The notes: a model not told the origin generated them from the letters alone. A stretch of DNA of 64,000 nucleotides from Prolixibacteraceae bacterium (GCA_963692465.1 OY829943.1:417935-481934); one strand, 5' to 3'. Numbered from the stretch's first letter, positions 1-9,987 are shown. Numbers and translations: made by a program.

Positions 1-383
1 AATGGTTAAAAGAACAGAGGAATATGGCCCCCAAGAGTGCTATTGGCATAGCTGTCAACTACACTGGAAGAATGTGGCCCCGGCTGGTTCGCTATGTGGA
101 AGACGGACGATACAGCATTGACAACAACCCGATAGAGAACAAAATCCGCCCGCTTGCTCTGGGTAGAAAAAATTATCTCTTTGCCGGATCACAGCGGGGT
201 GCGCACAGAGCGGCAATGATGTATTCCTTTTTCGGTACCTGTAAAATGAATGAGGTGAATCCATTTCTTTGGCTCCATGATGTCCTTTCCCGTATTCAGG
301 AGCATAAAGCAAACCGCATTGATGAATTGCTCCCTCAAAACTGGAAGCCTCTTGATGTGCTAGTGTCTGATCCTATTAAGTAA
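1..383 (+). CDS. IS66-family transposase, C-terminal part (5' partial; the frame is open to the window edge)
   Basis: There is no in-frame stop between nt 3 and the ORF-track Met at 24. The translation ...DNNPIENKIRPLALGRKNYLFAGSQRGAHRAAMMYSFFGTCKMNEVNPFLWLHDVLSRIQEHKANRIDELLPQNW matches the conserved IS66 transposase C-terminal block (GRKN-LFAGS ... IDELLP-NW). Confidence 0.85.
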   Translation, partial: WLKEQRNMAPKSAIGIAVNYTGRMWPRLVRYVEDGRYSIDNNPIENKIRPLALGRKNYLFAGSQRGAHRAAMMYSFFGTCKMNEVNPFLWLHDVLSRIQEHKANRIDELLPQNWKPLDVLVSDPIK

Positions 384-446
384 TTTTTTGCCCTCTCTTT
401 ATACTTCTTTTCTGTTTTTCCAATAGGTGGTTGACCGGACGCTTAC
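1..446 (+). mobile_element. IS66-family insertion sequence, right-hand end only (the element continues upstream of the window)
   Basis: The transposase C-terminus (CDS 1..383) is followed 63 nt after its stop by GGTGGTTGACCGGACGCTTAC, ending at 446. Read inward on the minus strand this is GTAAGCGTCCGGTCAACCACC, the GTAAGCG-type terminal inverted repeat characteristic of IS66-family ends. Confidence 0.75.
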
Positions 447-490
447 TGGATTTCAACAAAACTAAAAAAACGCACTTACACAATTACAAA

Positions 491-1537
491 ATGAACAAAA
501 TTGATCTTTTAATAATAAATAACTGCCCAGCTTTCTATAAAATAAATCTGTACAATAAATTACATCAGTATTGTAAAATATACGTCATATTCGTAGGTCT
601 ATCAGATCAAGTTGTTATTGAAAATGATTTTGAAAAAAAAATAAAGTTTCCATTTAGCATTATCAACAAAACATCAATAAAAAAGAGGAACAAACTAACA
701 ACTCTAACAACTTTACTATCTATAGTGCGTCACTATAGTTATGATAAAATCATATACGGAGGATGGGATTTATTTGAATTGAAGATACTAATACTTCTAA
801 CTTCTAAACGGAAAAATTGTTTACAATCAGAATCTTCTATACACGAAAGCATAACAACAGGATACATTGCAACAATAAAAAAAATATTACTAACAAAAAT
901 ATCTACTATTTTAACATCAGGAAAACTTCAAAGCGATGTTTTTAAAGCATTGAAATACAAAGGGAAGTACATTGAGACAGGTGGAGTAGGAATCTTTAAT
1001 AAAAACAATACCAATAACAGAAACGAAGGAAATAAAACATCAAACTTTAGATATTTATATGTAGGAAGATTAATTCCCAAGAAAAATTTAAAATATTTAA
1101 TTGAAACATTTAATCGTTTAGGAAGTTATCTGACAATTGTTGGAAGAGGAGAACAATTTGATGAGTTAAAAAGAAGTTCTAATAGCAACATTCACTTTGT
1201 TGGTTTCGTTCCTAACAATAAGATTAATCAAATATATCATCAGCATGATGTGTTTATTCTGCCTTCCAAAAGAGAACCTTGGGGTCTCGTTATTGAAGAA
1301 GCAATTTATTACGGTCTACCAGTAATAGTAAGTAGTGCCGTTGGATGCCAAGAAGAAATGGTAAATCAGCCACAAACCGGCATTACTTTTGATTTAAAAA
1401 ATGAGAACAGCTTAAATAATGCAATTAAATTAATGGAACAGAATTATTCATTCTTTAAGAAAAATGTTTTAAATTTTGATTTTGAACAAAGAGATAGGAT
1501 TCAAGTAGATGCATACTTAGCCCTTTTAGAGAAATAA
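491..1537 (+). CDS. Glycosyltransferase, GT-B fold / family 4-like
   Basis: ORF 431..1537. The TTG at 431 lies inside the IS66 terminal repeat, so the first ATG (491, MNKIDLLIINN) is preferred. It carries the C-terminal E-x7-E retaining-GT signature EPWGLVIEEAIYYGLPVIVSSAVG. Confidence 0.8.
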   Translation: MNKIDLLIINNCPAFYKINLYNKLHQYCKIYVIFVGLSDQVVIENDFEKKIKFPFSIINKTSIKKRNKLTTLTTLLSIVRHYSYDKIIYGGWDLFELKILILLTSKRKNCLQSESSIHESITTGYIATIKKILLTKISTILTSGKLQSDVFKALKYKGKYIETGGVGIFNKNNTNNRNEGNKTSNFRYLYVGRLIPKKNLKYLIETFNRLGSYLTIVGRGEQFDELKRSSNSNIHFVGFVPNNKINQIYHQHDVFILPSKREPWGLVIEEAIYYGLPVIVSSAVGCQEEMVNQPQTGITFDLKNENSLNNAIKLMEQNYSFFKKNVLNFDFEQRDRIQVDAYLALLEK

Positions 1538-1617
1538 CGATTTCAATAAAGTACGTCTTTTTACAAAAGTCCATTATTTCCATAAAAAAGCATATAATTC
1601 AACAATAAATTTTTCCA

Positions 1618-2832
1618 ATGAAGACTCTCCTTCAAATAAACACCGTTGTTAACTCAGGATCTACAGGCCGAATAGTTGAAGGAATTGGTCAACTCGCTAT
1701 TCAAAATGGCTGGAATAGTTATATCGCTTATGGCAGAAATGAGAGGCCAAGCAAATCTAATCTACTAAAAATTGGATCAAATTTAGATGTCAAGATTCAT
1801 GGACTTCAAACAAGATTGTTTGATAAGCATGGACTTGCATCTAGCAATGCCACATATAAATTAATTAATCAAATTAAAGCAATCCATCCGGATATTGTCC
1901 ATTTGCACAACCTTCATGGATATTATATAAATATAGAAATTCTATTTAAATATTTAGCTAAGGCTGATATTCCCATTGTTTGGACATTACATGATTGTTG
2001 GCCCATAACTGGACATTGCGTACATTTTGACTATATTAATTGCATAAAATGGAAAGCCAAGTGTTGTCATTGTCCACAAACAGGTACATATCCTGCAAGC
2101 TTTTTAATAGATCGATCCAAAAGGAATTACTTATTAAAAAAAGGTCTTTTTACCTCTGTTAAAAAAATGGTAATTGTACCCGTTTCTCAATGGTTAGGCG
2201 ATATTATAAATCAATCGTTTTTATGTGACTATCCGGTTCAAGTCATTAACAATGGCATTGACATTCAAACATTTAAGTCTAACACCAATGAGATAATTCG
2301 AGAAAAATATAAAATTGAAGGAAAGTTTATAATCCTTGGAGTTGCAAGTATTTGGAGTTCTCGAAAAGGTTTGGCTGATTTCATTGAACTAAGCAAGTCC
2401 ATTGACATTAATAGTGTAATTGTTTTAGTTGGATTAAACCCAAGACAAATAAGAAATCTCCCCCATAATATCGTTGGAATAAACAAAACAGAGAATACAC
2501 AAGAACTTGCAGACTTGTATTCCTCTGCAGACGTTTTTTTAAACCCAACATGGGAAGATAATTTCCCGACTACAAATTTAGAAGCTCTCTCTTGCGGCAC
2601 ACCTGTCATAACATACCAAACAGGTGGAAGTATCGAGGCTATCTCCATGAAAACCGGAATCATAGTAGAAAAAGGAGATATTTCTGGTTTGCAGAAAGCA
2701 ATAAACAACATCCGAGATAATGGTAAAAAACATTATTCAATCGCATGTAGAGAACGTGCAAAGATGTTATATGATAAAAATGATCGTTTTTTAGATTACA
2801 TAAATCTATACAATAAATTATCCAATCTATAA
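1618..2832 (+). CDS. Glycosyltransferase, GT-B fold / family 4-like
   Basis: 404 aa. It has EDNFPTTNLEALSCGTPVITYQTGG (E-x7-E block) and SRKGL upstream, and sits in a glycan-locus context. Confidence 0.8.
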   Translation: MKTLLQINTVVNSGSTGRIVEGIGQLAIQNGWNSYIAYGRNERPSKSNLLKIGSNLDVKIHGLQTRLFDKHGLASSNATYKLINQIKAIHPDIVHLHNLHGYYINIEILFKYLAKADIPIVWTLHDCWPITGHCVHFDYINCIKWKAKCCHCPQTGTYPASFLIDRSKRNYLLKKGLFTSVKKMVIVPVSQWLGDIINQSFLCDYPVQVINNGIDIQTFKSNTNEIIREKYKIEGKFIILGVASIWSSRKGLADFIELSKSIDINSVIVLVGLNPRQIRNLPHNIVGINKTENTQELADLYSSADVFLNPTWEDNFPTTNLEALSCGTPVITYQTGGSIEAISMKTGIIVEKGDISGLQKAINNIRDNGKKHYSIACRERAKMLYDKNDRFLDYINLYNKLSNL

Positions 2833-2855
2833 TACACAACTTTATCAAATACATC

Positions 2856-3881
2856 ATGTTTAAAAATAAGGTACTTCTTATTACCGGAGGGACAGGTTCT
2901 TTCGGTAATGCTGTTTTGAATCGGTTTCTTGATTCTGAAATCAAAGAAATCAGAATTTTTTCCAGAGACGAAAAGAAACAAGATGACATGCGCCATCTGT
3001 TAAACAATTCCAAAGTAAAATTTTATATAGGAGACGTTCGTGATAGACACAGCGTCGATTATGCAATGAAAGGTGTTGATTATATATTCCATGCTGCAGC
3101 ACTTAAACAAGTTCCCTCTTGTGAATTCTTTCCAATTGAAGCAGTAAAGACAAATATACTTGGGGCACAAAATGTTCTTAGTTCTGCAATTGAACACAAA
3201 GTAAAACGCATGATTGTCCTTAGTACAGACAAAGCTGTATACCCTATTAATGCAATGGGGCTAACTAAAGCTTTAATGGAAAAGGCAATGATTGCAAAAG
3301 CAAGATCACTTGGGGATAATTCTGAAACTGTACTTTGTGGCACCCGCTACGGGAATGTAATGGCTTCAAGAGGTTCTGTTATCCCATTATTTGTTGATCA
3401 GATTAAGGAGAACAAAGATTTAACTGTAACTGACCCCAATATGACTCGCTTCATGATGACACTCGAAGATGCTGTTGATTTGGTCATTTATGCTTTTCAA
3501 CATGGTCAAAACGGAGATATATTTGTTCAAAAAGCTCCAGCATCAACAATCGGTGATCTTGCAAAATCTCTAATTGAACTATACCAATCCAAAAGCAAAA
3601 TCCGCGTTATTGGAACACGCCACGGAGAGAAACTTTATGAAACGTTGGTTAATCGAGAAGAAATGGCCAAAGCTGTTGATATGGGAGACTATTATCGAAT
3701 TCCTGCAGACAATCGTGATCTAAATTACGAAAGATATTTTAGCGAAGGAAAAGAACGAGTTTCAGAAATTGAGGATTACAATTCCCATAATACTCATCGT
3801 TTAGACATAGAAGGCACAAAAAAGCTTCTTCTGAAATTACCAATGATTAGAGAAGACATTAAAAATGAAAACGCCAAATAA
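2856..3881 (+). CDS. fnlA: UDP-N-acetylglucosamine 4,6-dehydratase/5-epimerase (FnlA/CapE/WbjB type)
   Basis: 341 aa. N-terminal Rossmann motif VLLITGGTGSFGNAV, extended-SDR CapD-like body, ...TRYGNVMASRGSVIPLF...MTRFMMTLEDAVDLV. It is followed by capF- and capG-like genes. Confidence 0.85.
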   Translation: MFKNKVLLITGGTGSFGNAVLNRFLDSEIKEIRIFSRDEKKQDDMRHLLNNSKVKFYIGDVRDRHSVDYAMKGVDYIFHAAALKQVPSCEFFPIEAVKTNILGAQNVLSSAIEHKVKRMIVLSTDKAVYPINAMGLTKALMEKAMIAKARSLGDNSETVLCGTRYGNVMASRGSVIPLFVDQIKENKDLTVTDPNMTRFMMTLEDAVDLVIYAFQHGQNGDIFVQKAPASTIGDLAKSLIELYQSKSKIRVIGTRHGEKLYETLVNREEMAKAVDMGDYYRIPADNRDLNYERYFSEGKERVSEIEDYNSHNTHRLDIEGTKKLLLKLPMIREDIKNENAK

Positions 3882-4314
3882 TATTCCTGAAATCATTAAT
3901 GGTGGAATATTCTCTGATAATAGGGGTGATATTGCATACGTAAATGGCTTTAACTTCGAAGGAGTAAAACGTTTCTATATAATAGAACATCCTGATAGTT
4001 CTGTTATCAGAGCATGGCAATATCACAGGATTGAGAAAAAATGGTTCTACGTGGTACAAGGTTCTTTTTGTATAGCGTGGGTTAAAGTTGATAATTGGGA
4101 AAATCCATCTCCTAATTTAGCTGTAGAATTCAAAATCTTAAATGCCTCTGAAAGTGAAATCATTTCCATTCCTGCTGGTTATGCAAATGGATTAAAAGCA
4201 TTAGAGCCTAATTCTAAAATCATAGTTTTTTCGGATATGGATGTTGAAACATCCATTAAGGAAAAAATTCGATTTGATAAAAATATGTGGTTTAACTGGG
4301 AAAATATTAAATAA
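3865..4314 (+). CDS. Small cupin-fold protein, WxcM/FdtA-like (putative nucleotide-sugar isomerase/epimerase)
   Basis: 149 aa. It overlaps the fnlA stop by 17 nt and abuts the next start. It has the pattern DNRGDI...VKRFYII...IRAWQYH...WFYVVQGSF...ISIPAGYANG, typical of the small sugar-cupin family. Confidence 0.6.
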   Translation: MKTPNNIPEIINGGIFSDNRGDIAYVNGFNFEGVKRFYIIEHPDSSVIRAWQYHRIEKKWFYVVQGSFCIAWVKVDNWENPSPNLAVEFKILNASESEIISIPAGYANGLKALEPNSKIIVFSDMDVETSIKEKIRFDKNMWFNWENIK

Positions 4315-5429
4315 TGAAAATAGGTATTACCGGACAAGCTGGCTTTGTTGGTACTCATTTATTCAATTATCTGAGTTTAGACAAAACTAATATCCAAATG
4401 ATTCCATTTAAGGATGAATACTTTTCGAACAAAGAAATACTTATCAATTGGGTCTTACAATGCGATGTCATTATTCATCTTGCAGCTTTAAATAGGCATT
4501 CTGATCCACAAGTTATTTATGAGACCAATATAACCCTTGTAAAACAATTAATTGAAGCATTAAAAAAAGCAGGAAACCATCCGCATATACTTTTTTCATC
4601 AAGCATTCAGGAAGAAAGAGAAAATTCGTATGGAAAATCAAAACAAGAAGGACGATTATTACTAAGCCAGTGGGCGCAACAGACTAATGCTTGTTTTACA
4701 GGAATGGTATTACCAAATGTTTTCGGTTCTTTTGGTCGCCCATATTATAATTCAGTAATCGCAACTTTTTCCCACCAATTGACACACAATGAAATACCTC
4801 GTCTTGAAACAGACAGCAATCTGCAATTAATATATATTGAAGAATTGGTTGCAAAGATTAAAGGACTAATAATCAATCATATTTCGTCAGAAGAGTATTT
4901 TGTTCCTCCTACTGCAGAAAAAAAGGTTTCAGAGATCTTAGCTTTATTAGAAAGGTATAAAGATGAATATTTTGAAAAAGGAATATTTCCAAAAATCAGG
5001 ACTCCTTTTGAACTAAACTTATTCAACACCTTCAGGTGTTATATTGATCAGCAAAAGATGTTCCCCTTCCCTCTTGAAAAACATGAGGATAACCGTGGCA
5101 GTTTTGTTGAAACAATAAAAACAGGAATCGGAGGACAGATTTCATTTTCAACAACAAAGCCGGGAATTACCAGAGGGAATCACTTCCATACCCGTAAGAT
5201 TGAGCGCTTTGCCGTCATTAAGGGAGAAGCTTTAATTCAACTCCGAAGAATAGGCACAGATGATATTATTGAATTTAAACTATCAGGAGACAAACCTTCA
5301 TTTGTAGACATGCCCATTTGGTATACTCATAACATTACAAACATAGGATCAGATGAATTATATACAATTTTCTGGATTAATGAATGGTTTAATTCAAGTG
5401 ACCAGGATACTTTCTTTGAAGAAGTTTAG
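4314..5429 (+). CDS. fnlB: Bifunctional SDR reductase + cupin (FnlB/CapF/WbjC type)
   Basis: 371 aa. An N-terminal Rossmann motif (IGITGQAGFVGTHL) plus a C-terminal cupin (HEDNRGSFVE...GITRGNHFHTRKIERF) gives the CapF two-domain architecture. Confidence 0.8.
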   Translation: MKIGITGQAGFVGTHLFNYLSLDKTNIQMIPFKDEYFSNKEILINWVLQCDVIIHLAALNRHSDPQVIYETNITLVKQLIEALKKAGNHPHILFSSSIQEERENSYGKSKQEGRLLLSQWAQQTNACFTGMVLPNVFGSFGRPYYNSVIATFSHQLTHNEIPRLETDSNLQLIYIEELVAKIKGLIINHISSEEYFVPPTAEKKVSEILALLERYKDEYFEKGIFPKIRTPFELNLFNTFRCYIDQQKMFPFPLEKHEDNRGSFVETIKTGIGGQISFSTTKPGITRGNHFHTRKIERFAVIKGEALIQLRRIGTDDIIEFKLSGDKPSFVDMPIWYTHNITNIGSDELYTIFWINEWFNSSDQDTFFEEV

Positions 5430-5439
5430 ATAAACAATT

Positions 5440-6570
5440 ATGAATAAATTAAAAGTATTAACAGTCGTTGGCACTCGCCCGGAGATTATTCGTTTAGCTT
5501 GTGTATTACAAAAATTAGATAATAGTCCGGCAATAGAACATGTATTAGTACATACTGGTCAAAATTATGACTATGAACTGAATGAGATTTTCTTTGACGA
5601 TTTAAATCTTCGAAAGCCTGATTATTTTCTAAATGCAGCAGGAAAGAATGCGACAGAAACGTCAGGACAAATATTAATTAATATTGATCCAGTATTAGAA
5701 AAAGAACAACCTGATGCATTCTTAGTATTAGGGGACACAAATTCTTGTTTATGTGCTATTGCTGCAAAAAAGAGGCATATTCCAATTTTTCACATGGAAG
5801 CAGGTAATCGTTGTTTTGATCAACGAGTACCAGAAGAAAGTAATCGAAAAATTGTAGATCATATTTCTGATATAAATATGACTTATAGCTCTATTGCACG
5901 AGAATATTTACTTCGCGAGGGTCTTTCTGCTGATCGGATTATTAAAACAGGCAGCCCAATGTATGAAGTACTGCACAAGTATCTACCAAAAATTCAGGCA
6001 GCTAATATTTTAAACACATTAAAACTTAAACGAAACAAATATTTTATTGTTTCTGCTCACAGAGAAGAGAATATTTCTTCTGAGAGGAACTTTCATAATT
6101 TAGTTAAAATATTAAATCAAGTAGCTGAGCAATATAACTATCCGGTAATCGTTTCTTGTCATCCCAGAACCCGCAAAATGATAGAAAAAGAAGAGATAAA
6201 ATTTCATAAGAATATAAAGCTTATGAAACCAATGTCGCTAAGCGATTATAACCATCTCCAAATGAATTCGACTTGTGTTCTTTCAGACAGTGGAACGATC
6301 AATGAAGAATCTTCTATTTTGAATTTCAGAGCCTTAAATATCAGAGAAGCACATGAACGCCCGGAGGCAATGGAAGAAGCAAGTGTCATGATGGTTGGTC
6401 TAAATCCTGATCGTGTAATGCAAGGACTAGTAGAAGTTCAAAGCCAAGACATAGAACAACGAAATTTCCGTCCGGTATATGATTATTCAATGCCCAATGT
6501 AAGTGATAAAGTTGTTCGAATTATTATTTCTTATACGGACTATATAAAAAGAGTTGTGTGGGGAAAATGA
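5440..6570 (+). CDS. fnlC: UDP-N-acetylglucosamine 2-epimerase family (FnlC/CapG/WbjD type, non-hydrolysing)
   Basis: 376 aa. Motifs VVGTRPEIIRL, LVLGDTNS, HMEAGNRCFDQRVPEE, SDSGTINEE. It is the third gene of the capE/F/G-like block. Confidence 0.85.
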   Translation: MNKLKVLTVVGTRPEIIRLACVLQKLDNSPAIEHVLVHTGQNYDYELNEIFFDDLNLRKPDYFLNAAGKNATETSGQILINIDPVLEKEQPDAFLVLGDTNSCLCAIAAKKRHIPIFHMEAGNRCFDQRVPEESNRKIVDHISDINMTYSSIAREYLLREGLSADRIIKTGSPMYEVLHKYLPKIQAANILNTLKLKRNKYFIVSAHREENISSERNFHNLVKILNQVAEQYNYPVIVSCHPRTRKMIEKEEIKFHKNIKLMKPMSLSDYNHLQMNSTCVLSDSGTINEESSILNFRALNIREAHERPEAMEEASVMMVGLNPDRVMQGLVEVQSQDIEQRNFRPVYDYSMPNVSDKVVRIIISYTDYIKRVVWGK

Positions 6571-7775
6571 AAATTCTAATAATCTCACAGTATTTTTACC
6601 CCGAAGAGTTTAAATGTAATGATATTGCTTTTGAACTTTCAAGACGAGGTTACGATGTAACTGTTGTTACCGGGATTCCTAATTACCCTCAAGGATCATT
6701 TTTTAAAGGATATGGACTATTAAAAAAGAAAAAGGAAGTAGTTAACAGTGTTAAAATAAGAAGAATTCCATTAGTTCCTCGAGGTAAAGGAAAAGGAATA
6801 AGATTAGCACTTAATTACTTTAGTTGGTGTGTATTGGCTTCAATATGGATTTTATTCCATGCATTAAAATACAAATATGATAGAATACTTGTACACCAAA
6901 CATCTCCGATAATACAAGGATTTCCGGCTATTGTTGCTAAAAAAATTCAGCATATTCCCATTTATTTCTGGACATTAGATTTGTGGCCAGAAAGTCTTAC
7001 TAGCGCAGGAGGAATTCACAATAAATTTATTCTCAATTTCTTTACAAAAATTGTCTGTTTTTTATATCGACAATCAGATAAAATATTAATTAGTTCGAAA
7101 GGATTTGAAAAATCAATATGCTTAAAAGGAGATTTTGCAGATAAATTAGTTTACTTTCCCAATTGGGCAGAAGATATATTTAATACTCAAATCTCTTACG
7201 CAATTCCAAAGTTACCTAAAGGATTTAAAGTAATGTTCGCAGGAAATATAGGAGAAGCACAGGATTTTGATAATATCATGCAAGCCGCAAGAGAACTTAG
7301 AAACGAAAAAGATATTAAAATCATTTTAATCGGAGATGGGAGAAAACGTGCATGGGTAGAGAACTTCATCAAAAAAGAAGATTTACAAGAAACTGTATAT
7401 GTCATGGGTAGATTCCCGTTGCAATCAATGCCTATTTTCTTTAAACAAGCAGATGTAATGTTGGTTTCATTAAAGGATGAAATTATTTTTAATCTCACCG
7501 TTCCCGCTAAACTTCAGGCATACATGGCTTCAGAAAAGCCAATTATTGCAATGCTCAATGGCGAAAGCACCGAATTAATTAAAGAAGCAAAATGTGGTGT
7601 AACTGCACCTGCAGGAAATTATAAAAAACTTGCTAGCAGAATATTACAATTAAAACATACAAGCAAAGAAGAATTAGATAAGATGGGCAAGAATGGCAAA
7701 GAATTTTGCAACCAACATTTCAATAAATCAAAATGTATAGATCATTTATGTAAATTATTTGATGAATATAAATAA
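6567..7775 (+). CDS. Glycosyltransferase family 4, WbuB-like (putative L-FucNAc-type transferase)
   Basis: The ATG at 6567 overlaps the fnlC stop as ATGA. It begins MKILIISQYFYPE and is a 400-aa GT-B protein. It sits directly after the fnl-like genes, as wbuB does in O-antigen loci. Confidence 0.75.
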   Translation: MKILIISQYFYPEEFKCNDIAFELSRRGYDVTVVTGIPNYPQGSFFKGYGLLKKKKEVVNSVKIRRIPLVPRGKGKGIRLALNYFSWCVLASIWILFHALKYKYDRILVHQTSPIIQGFPAIVAKKIQHIPIYFWTLDLWPESLTSAGGIHNKFILNFFTKIVCFLYRQSDKILISSKGFEKSICLKGDFADKLVYFPNWAEDIFNTQISYAIPKLPKGFKVMFAGNIGEAQDFDNIMQAARELRNEKDIKIILIGDGRKRAWVENFIKKEDLQETVYVMGRFPLQSMPIFFKQADVMLVSLKDEIIFNLTVPAKLQAYMASEKPIIAMLNGESTELIKEAKCGVTAPAGNYKKLASRILQLKHTSKEELDKMGKNGKEFCNQHFNKSKCIDHLCKLFDEYK

Positions 7776-8881
7776 GGAATCTTTATTATCCTCTTCTTTA
7801 ATCGATTACAAATAAAATTAAATTTTGAAATAACAGAAGGTAAAGGATCTCTTTTAATATAATAAAAAGAATTCACAACAAATTCACTCAAACTATCATC
7901 TTTTCTTTGGAAAAAGCTTCTAAAATACGCAGTCACACTCATATAATATTTATAATCATATTGGGGAATTTTAAAAAATCTATTTTGAGAAGATAATAAG
8001 TTAAAGTACGGAAAATTTACCCCAACAGATAACGATCCTAAAAGAGAAGCCCAATAACGAGGATTAATTTCAATCACCTTTATTTGTTTTTCCTTTTCAT
8101 CAAATAATAAATCAATGTGAGCAATTCCCGTCCAATTTAATTTATACATTAGCCCTTTGACTACATCTAAAAGATCTTGATTAAAAAGAAATTGGACACT
8201 AGAAGCTGGCAAGAATCTTGACTTTTTTATCACCCCACGCTGAATTGTATATGCTAATATTTCTCCGTGTCGACACAACACGCTACAATCAATATCATAT
8301 CCATAAATATATTGCTGAATTACATACCGCTTAGCAGAATTACTATAGGAATCTATTTCCTGTAGTAATTCTGCTTTCGTATTATAAAGTCGAATTCCCT
8401 CACCTCCGCTACCCTGAGTTGGTTTAATCAAAACAGGGAAAAAGGTATCTTCAAGGTTAGTTGCTTTTTCTCTCTCTAATAAAACAGTTTTAGGATGAGG
8501 AATTTTATTTTTCCAATTAAATTCAGCGAATAATGCTTTATCAGAAGCAATTTGGAAACTATCCTCATCTGGAATTGAAATAATTAATTCTAATTTTTCA
8601 AGGGTGTTTTTATTCTGTATAATAAATTGGATTCCCTTTTCCGTTACAGGTATTAGAACCGCACTTCTATTTTTAGATGCGATTTCCTTAATGCAAGCTA
8701 AACAGTCAGTTTCATTTTTCTTATAGAAAAAGAACTTGCAATAACGAGAAAACCGAATTGCCGGATATTTCAGAGAAGATAAAATATATACGTCCAGGTC
8801 TACCCTTTTTGATAGACATGTAATAACATTCAATGCAAAATTATTTTCTCCATCAGGAATAATGACAATTTTCTTTTTCAT
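7742..8881 (-). CDS. ATP-grasp domain enzyme (COG3919-like), copy 1
   Basis: ORF 7742..8896; the Met at 8881 (MKKKIVIIPDG) is preferred. It has the ATP-grasp blocks FPVLIKPTQGSGGEGI, DIDCSVLCRHGEILAYTIQ and IKVIEINPRYWASLLGS. It is a paralog of 9988..11151. Confidence 0.75.
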   Translation of the reverse strand: MKKKIVIIPDGENNFALNVITCLSKRVDLDVYILSSLKYPAIRFSRYCKFFFYKKNETDCLACIKEIASKNRSAVLIPVTEKGIQFIIQNKNTLEKLELIISIPDEDSFQIASDKALFAEFNWKNKIPHPKTVLLEREKATNLEDTFFPVLIKPTQGSGGEGIRLYNTKAELLQEIDSYSNSAKRYVIQQYIYGYDIDCSVLCRHGEILAYTIQRGVIKKSRFLPASSVQFLFNQDLLDVVKGLMYKLNWTGIAHIDLLFDEKEKQIKVIEINPRYWASLLGSLSVGVNFPYFNLLSSQNRFFKIPQYDYKYYMSVTAYFRSFFQRKDDSLSEFVVNSFYYIKRDPLPSVISKFNFICNRLKKRIIKIPYLYSSNNLHK

Positions 8882-9142
8882 TAGTCGTACCCGCAATGTT
8901 TATTCATGAAAATTCAGAGAGGGACAAAATTATGAATATATCCGAATAACAACAACTCTGTAGCAAAGAATTTATAGATAAGAAGCTCCTTTTACTAATT
9001 AAATCTATCGGTTCGTGGGATTAATCTGATACTGAGTAAACTTATATGGCATTAAATTTCATAAGAGAATTTAACACGCAGGATTGTAAAATTGGAATGA
9101 TCTTTGCCATGTAAATATTAGACAAAAAAGATATATATTAAG

Positions 9143-9946
9143 ATGAAATTAGACAAAAAAATTATTCGCACATTATTCTTTTTGCTTTTACTTTTTTTAA
9201 TTCAAGTTAAGGGATCTTCTGCTGTCTCCGATACCATAAGAGTACTCTTTATTGGGAACAGTTATATATACGTTAATGATTTACCCTCGTTATTAAAGGA
9301 AGTTGCATCATCCGATGGAAAAGTTATTATCTCCGAACAAGACACTCCGGGTGGGAGTACTCTTGAAGGACACTGGAAATCAGAAATTCCTCAAAAGCTA
9401 ATAAAAGAAGGAGGTTGGAACTACATGATTTTGCAAGAACATAGTCAACGTCCCTCAATGCCAATTGAAAGCGTGAATCAATTAGTTTTCCCATTTGTTC
9501 ACAATCTGGACAGTCTATTTAAAGCATTTAATCCTACGGGAAAAACAATATTTTACATGACATGGGGTAGGAAAAATGGAGATTCCTCAAGATGTAAAGA
9601 ATTGCCACTAGTGTGTACTTATCAAGGCATGGACGACCTCACTCGCGAACGTTATCTCATGATGTCCGAACAAAACAAAGCATTAATTTCGCCAGTGGGT
9701 GTTGTTTGGCGACATTTAAGAGAAACTAATCCCGAAATTGAACTCTACATGAGTGATGAAAGCCATCCTTCAATAAATGGTTCATATGCAGGAGCATTGT
9801 GCTTTTATACGGTTATAACGCAAAAAGACCCCACTCTTATTTCATTCAACTCGACAATTGACCCTACTATGGCTAATATCATTAAAATGGCAGTTAAAAA
9901 AGTTGTTTATGAGCATCTAGATCAATGGAATATTGGACGATATTAG
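9143..9946 (+). CDS. Secreted SGNH/GDSL-like hydrolase (DUF4886-like), copy 1
   Basis: It has a signal peptide (LFFLLLLFLIQVKGSSA), block I VLFIGNSY (Ser nucleophile context), block V SDESHPS (D-x-x-H) and MTWGRKNGDS. It is a paralog of 11371..12414. Confidence 0.65.
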   Translation: MKLDKKIIRTLFFLLLLFLIQVKGSSAVSDTIRVLFIGNSYIYVNDLPSLLKEVASSDGKVIISEQDTPGGSTLEGHWKSEIPQKLIKEGGWNYMILQEHSQRPSMPIESVNQLVFPFVHNLDSLFKAFNPTGKTIFYMTWGRKNGDSSRCKELPLVCTYQGMDDLTRERYLMMSEQNKALISPVGVVWRHLRETNPEIELYMSDESHPSINGSYAGALCFYTVITQKDPTLISFNSTIDPTMANIIKMAVKKVVYEHLDQWNIGRY

Positions 9947-9987
9947 GTATATGAGTAAAATTCTCTAAAGTTAAAATCATCATAATT

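Noticed and set aside
431-490. The upstream TTG start for the first glycosyltransferase (ORF-track 431).
   Set aside because: Codons 1-5 would be encoded by the IS66 terminal inverted repeat. The ATG at 491 gives a typical GT N-terminus.
2265-3013. Antisense and overlapping ORFs throughout the window. Examples: 55-312, 2265-2711, 2660-3013, 7196-7498, 18328-19422, 29060-29662, 33212-34883, 37612-38052, 41758-42194, 48200-48975, 55801-57165, 60407-62483, 63145-63477.
   Set aside because: Each lies inside, and opposite to or out of frame with, a long ORF that carries clear family motifs. Their translations are low-complexity or Cys/Phe/Ile-rich, as expected for shadow frames in AT-rich DNA.
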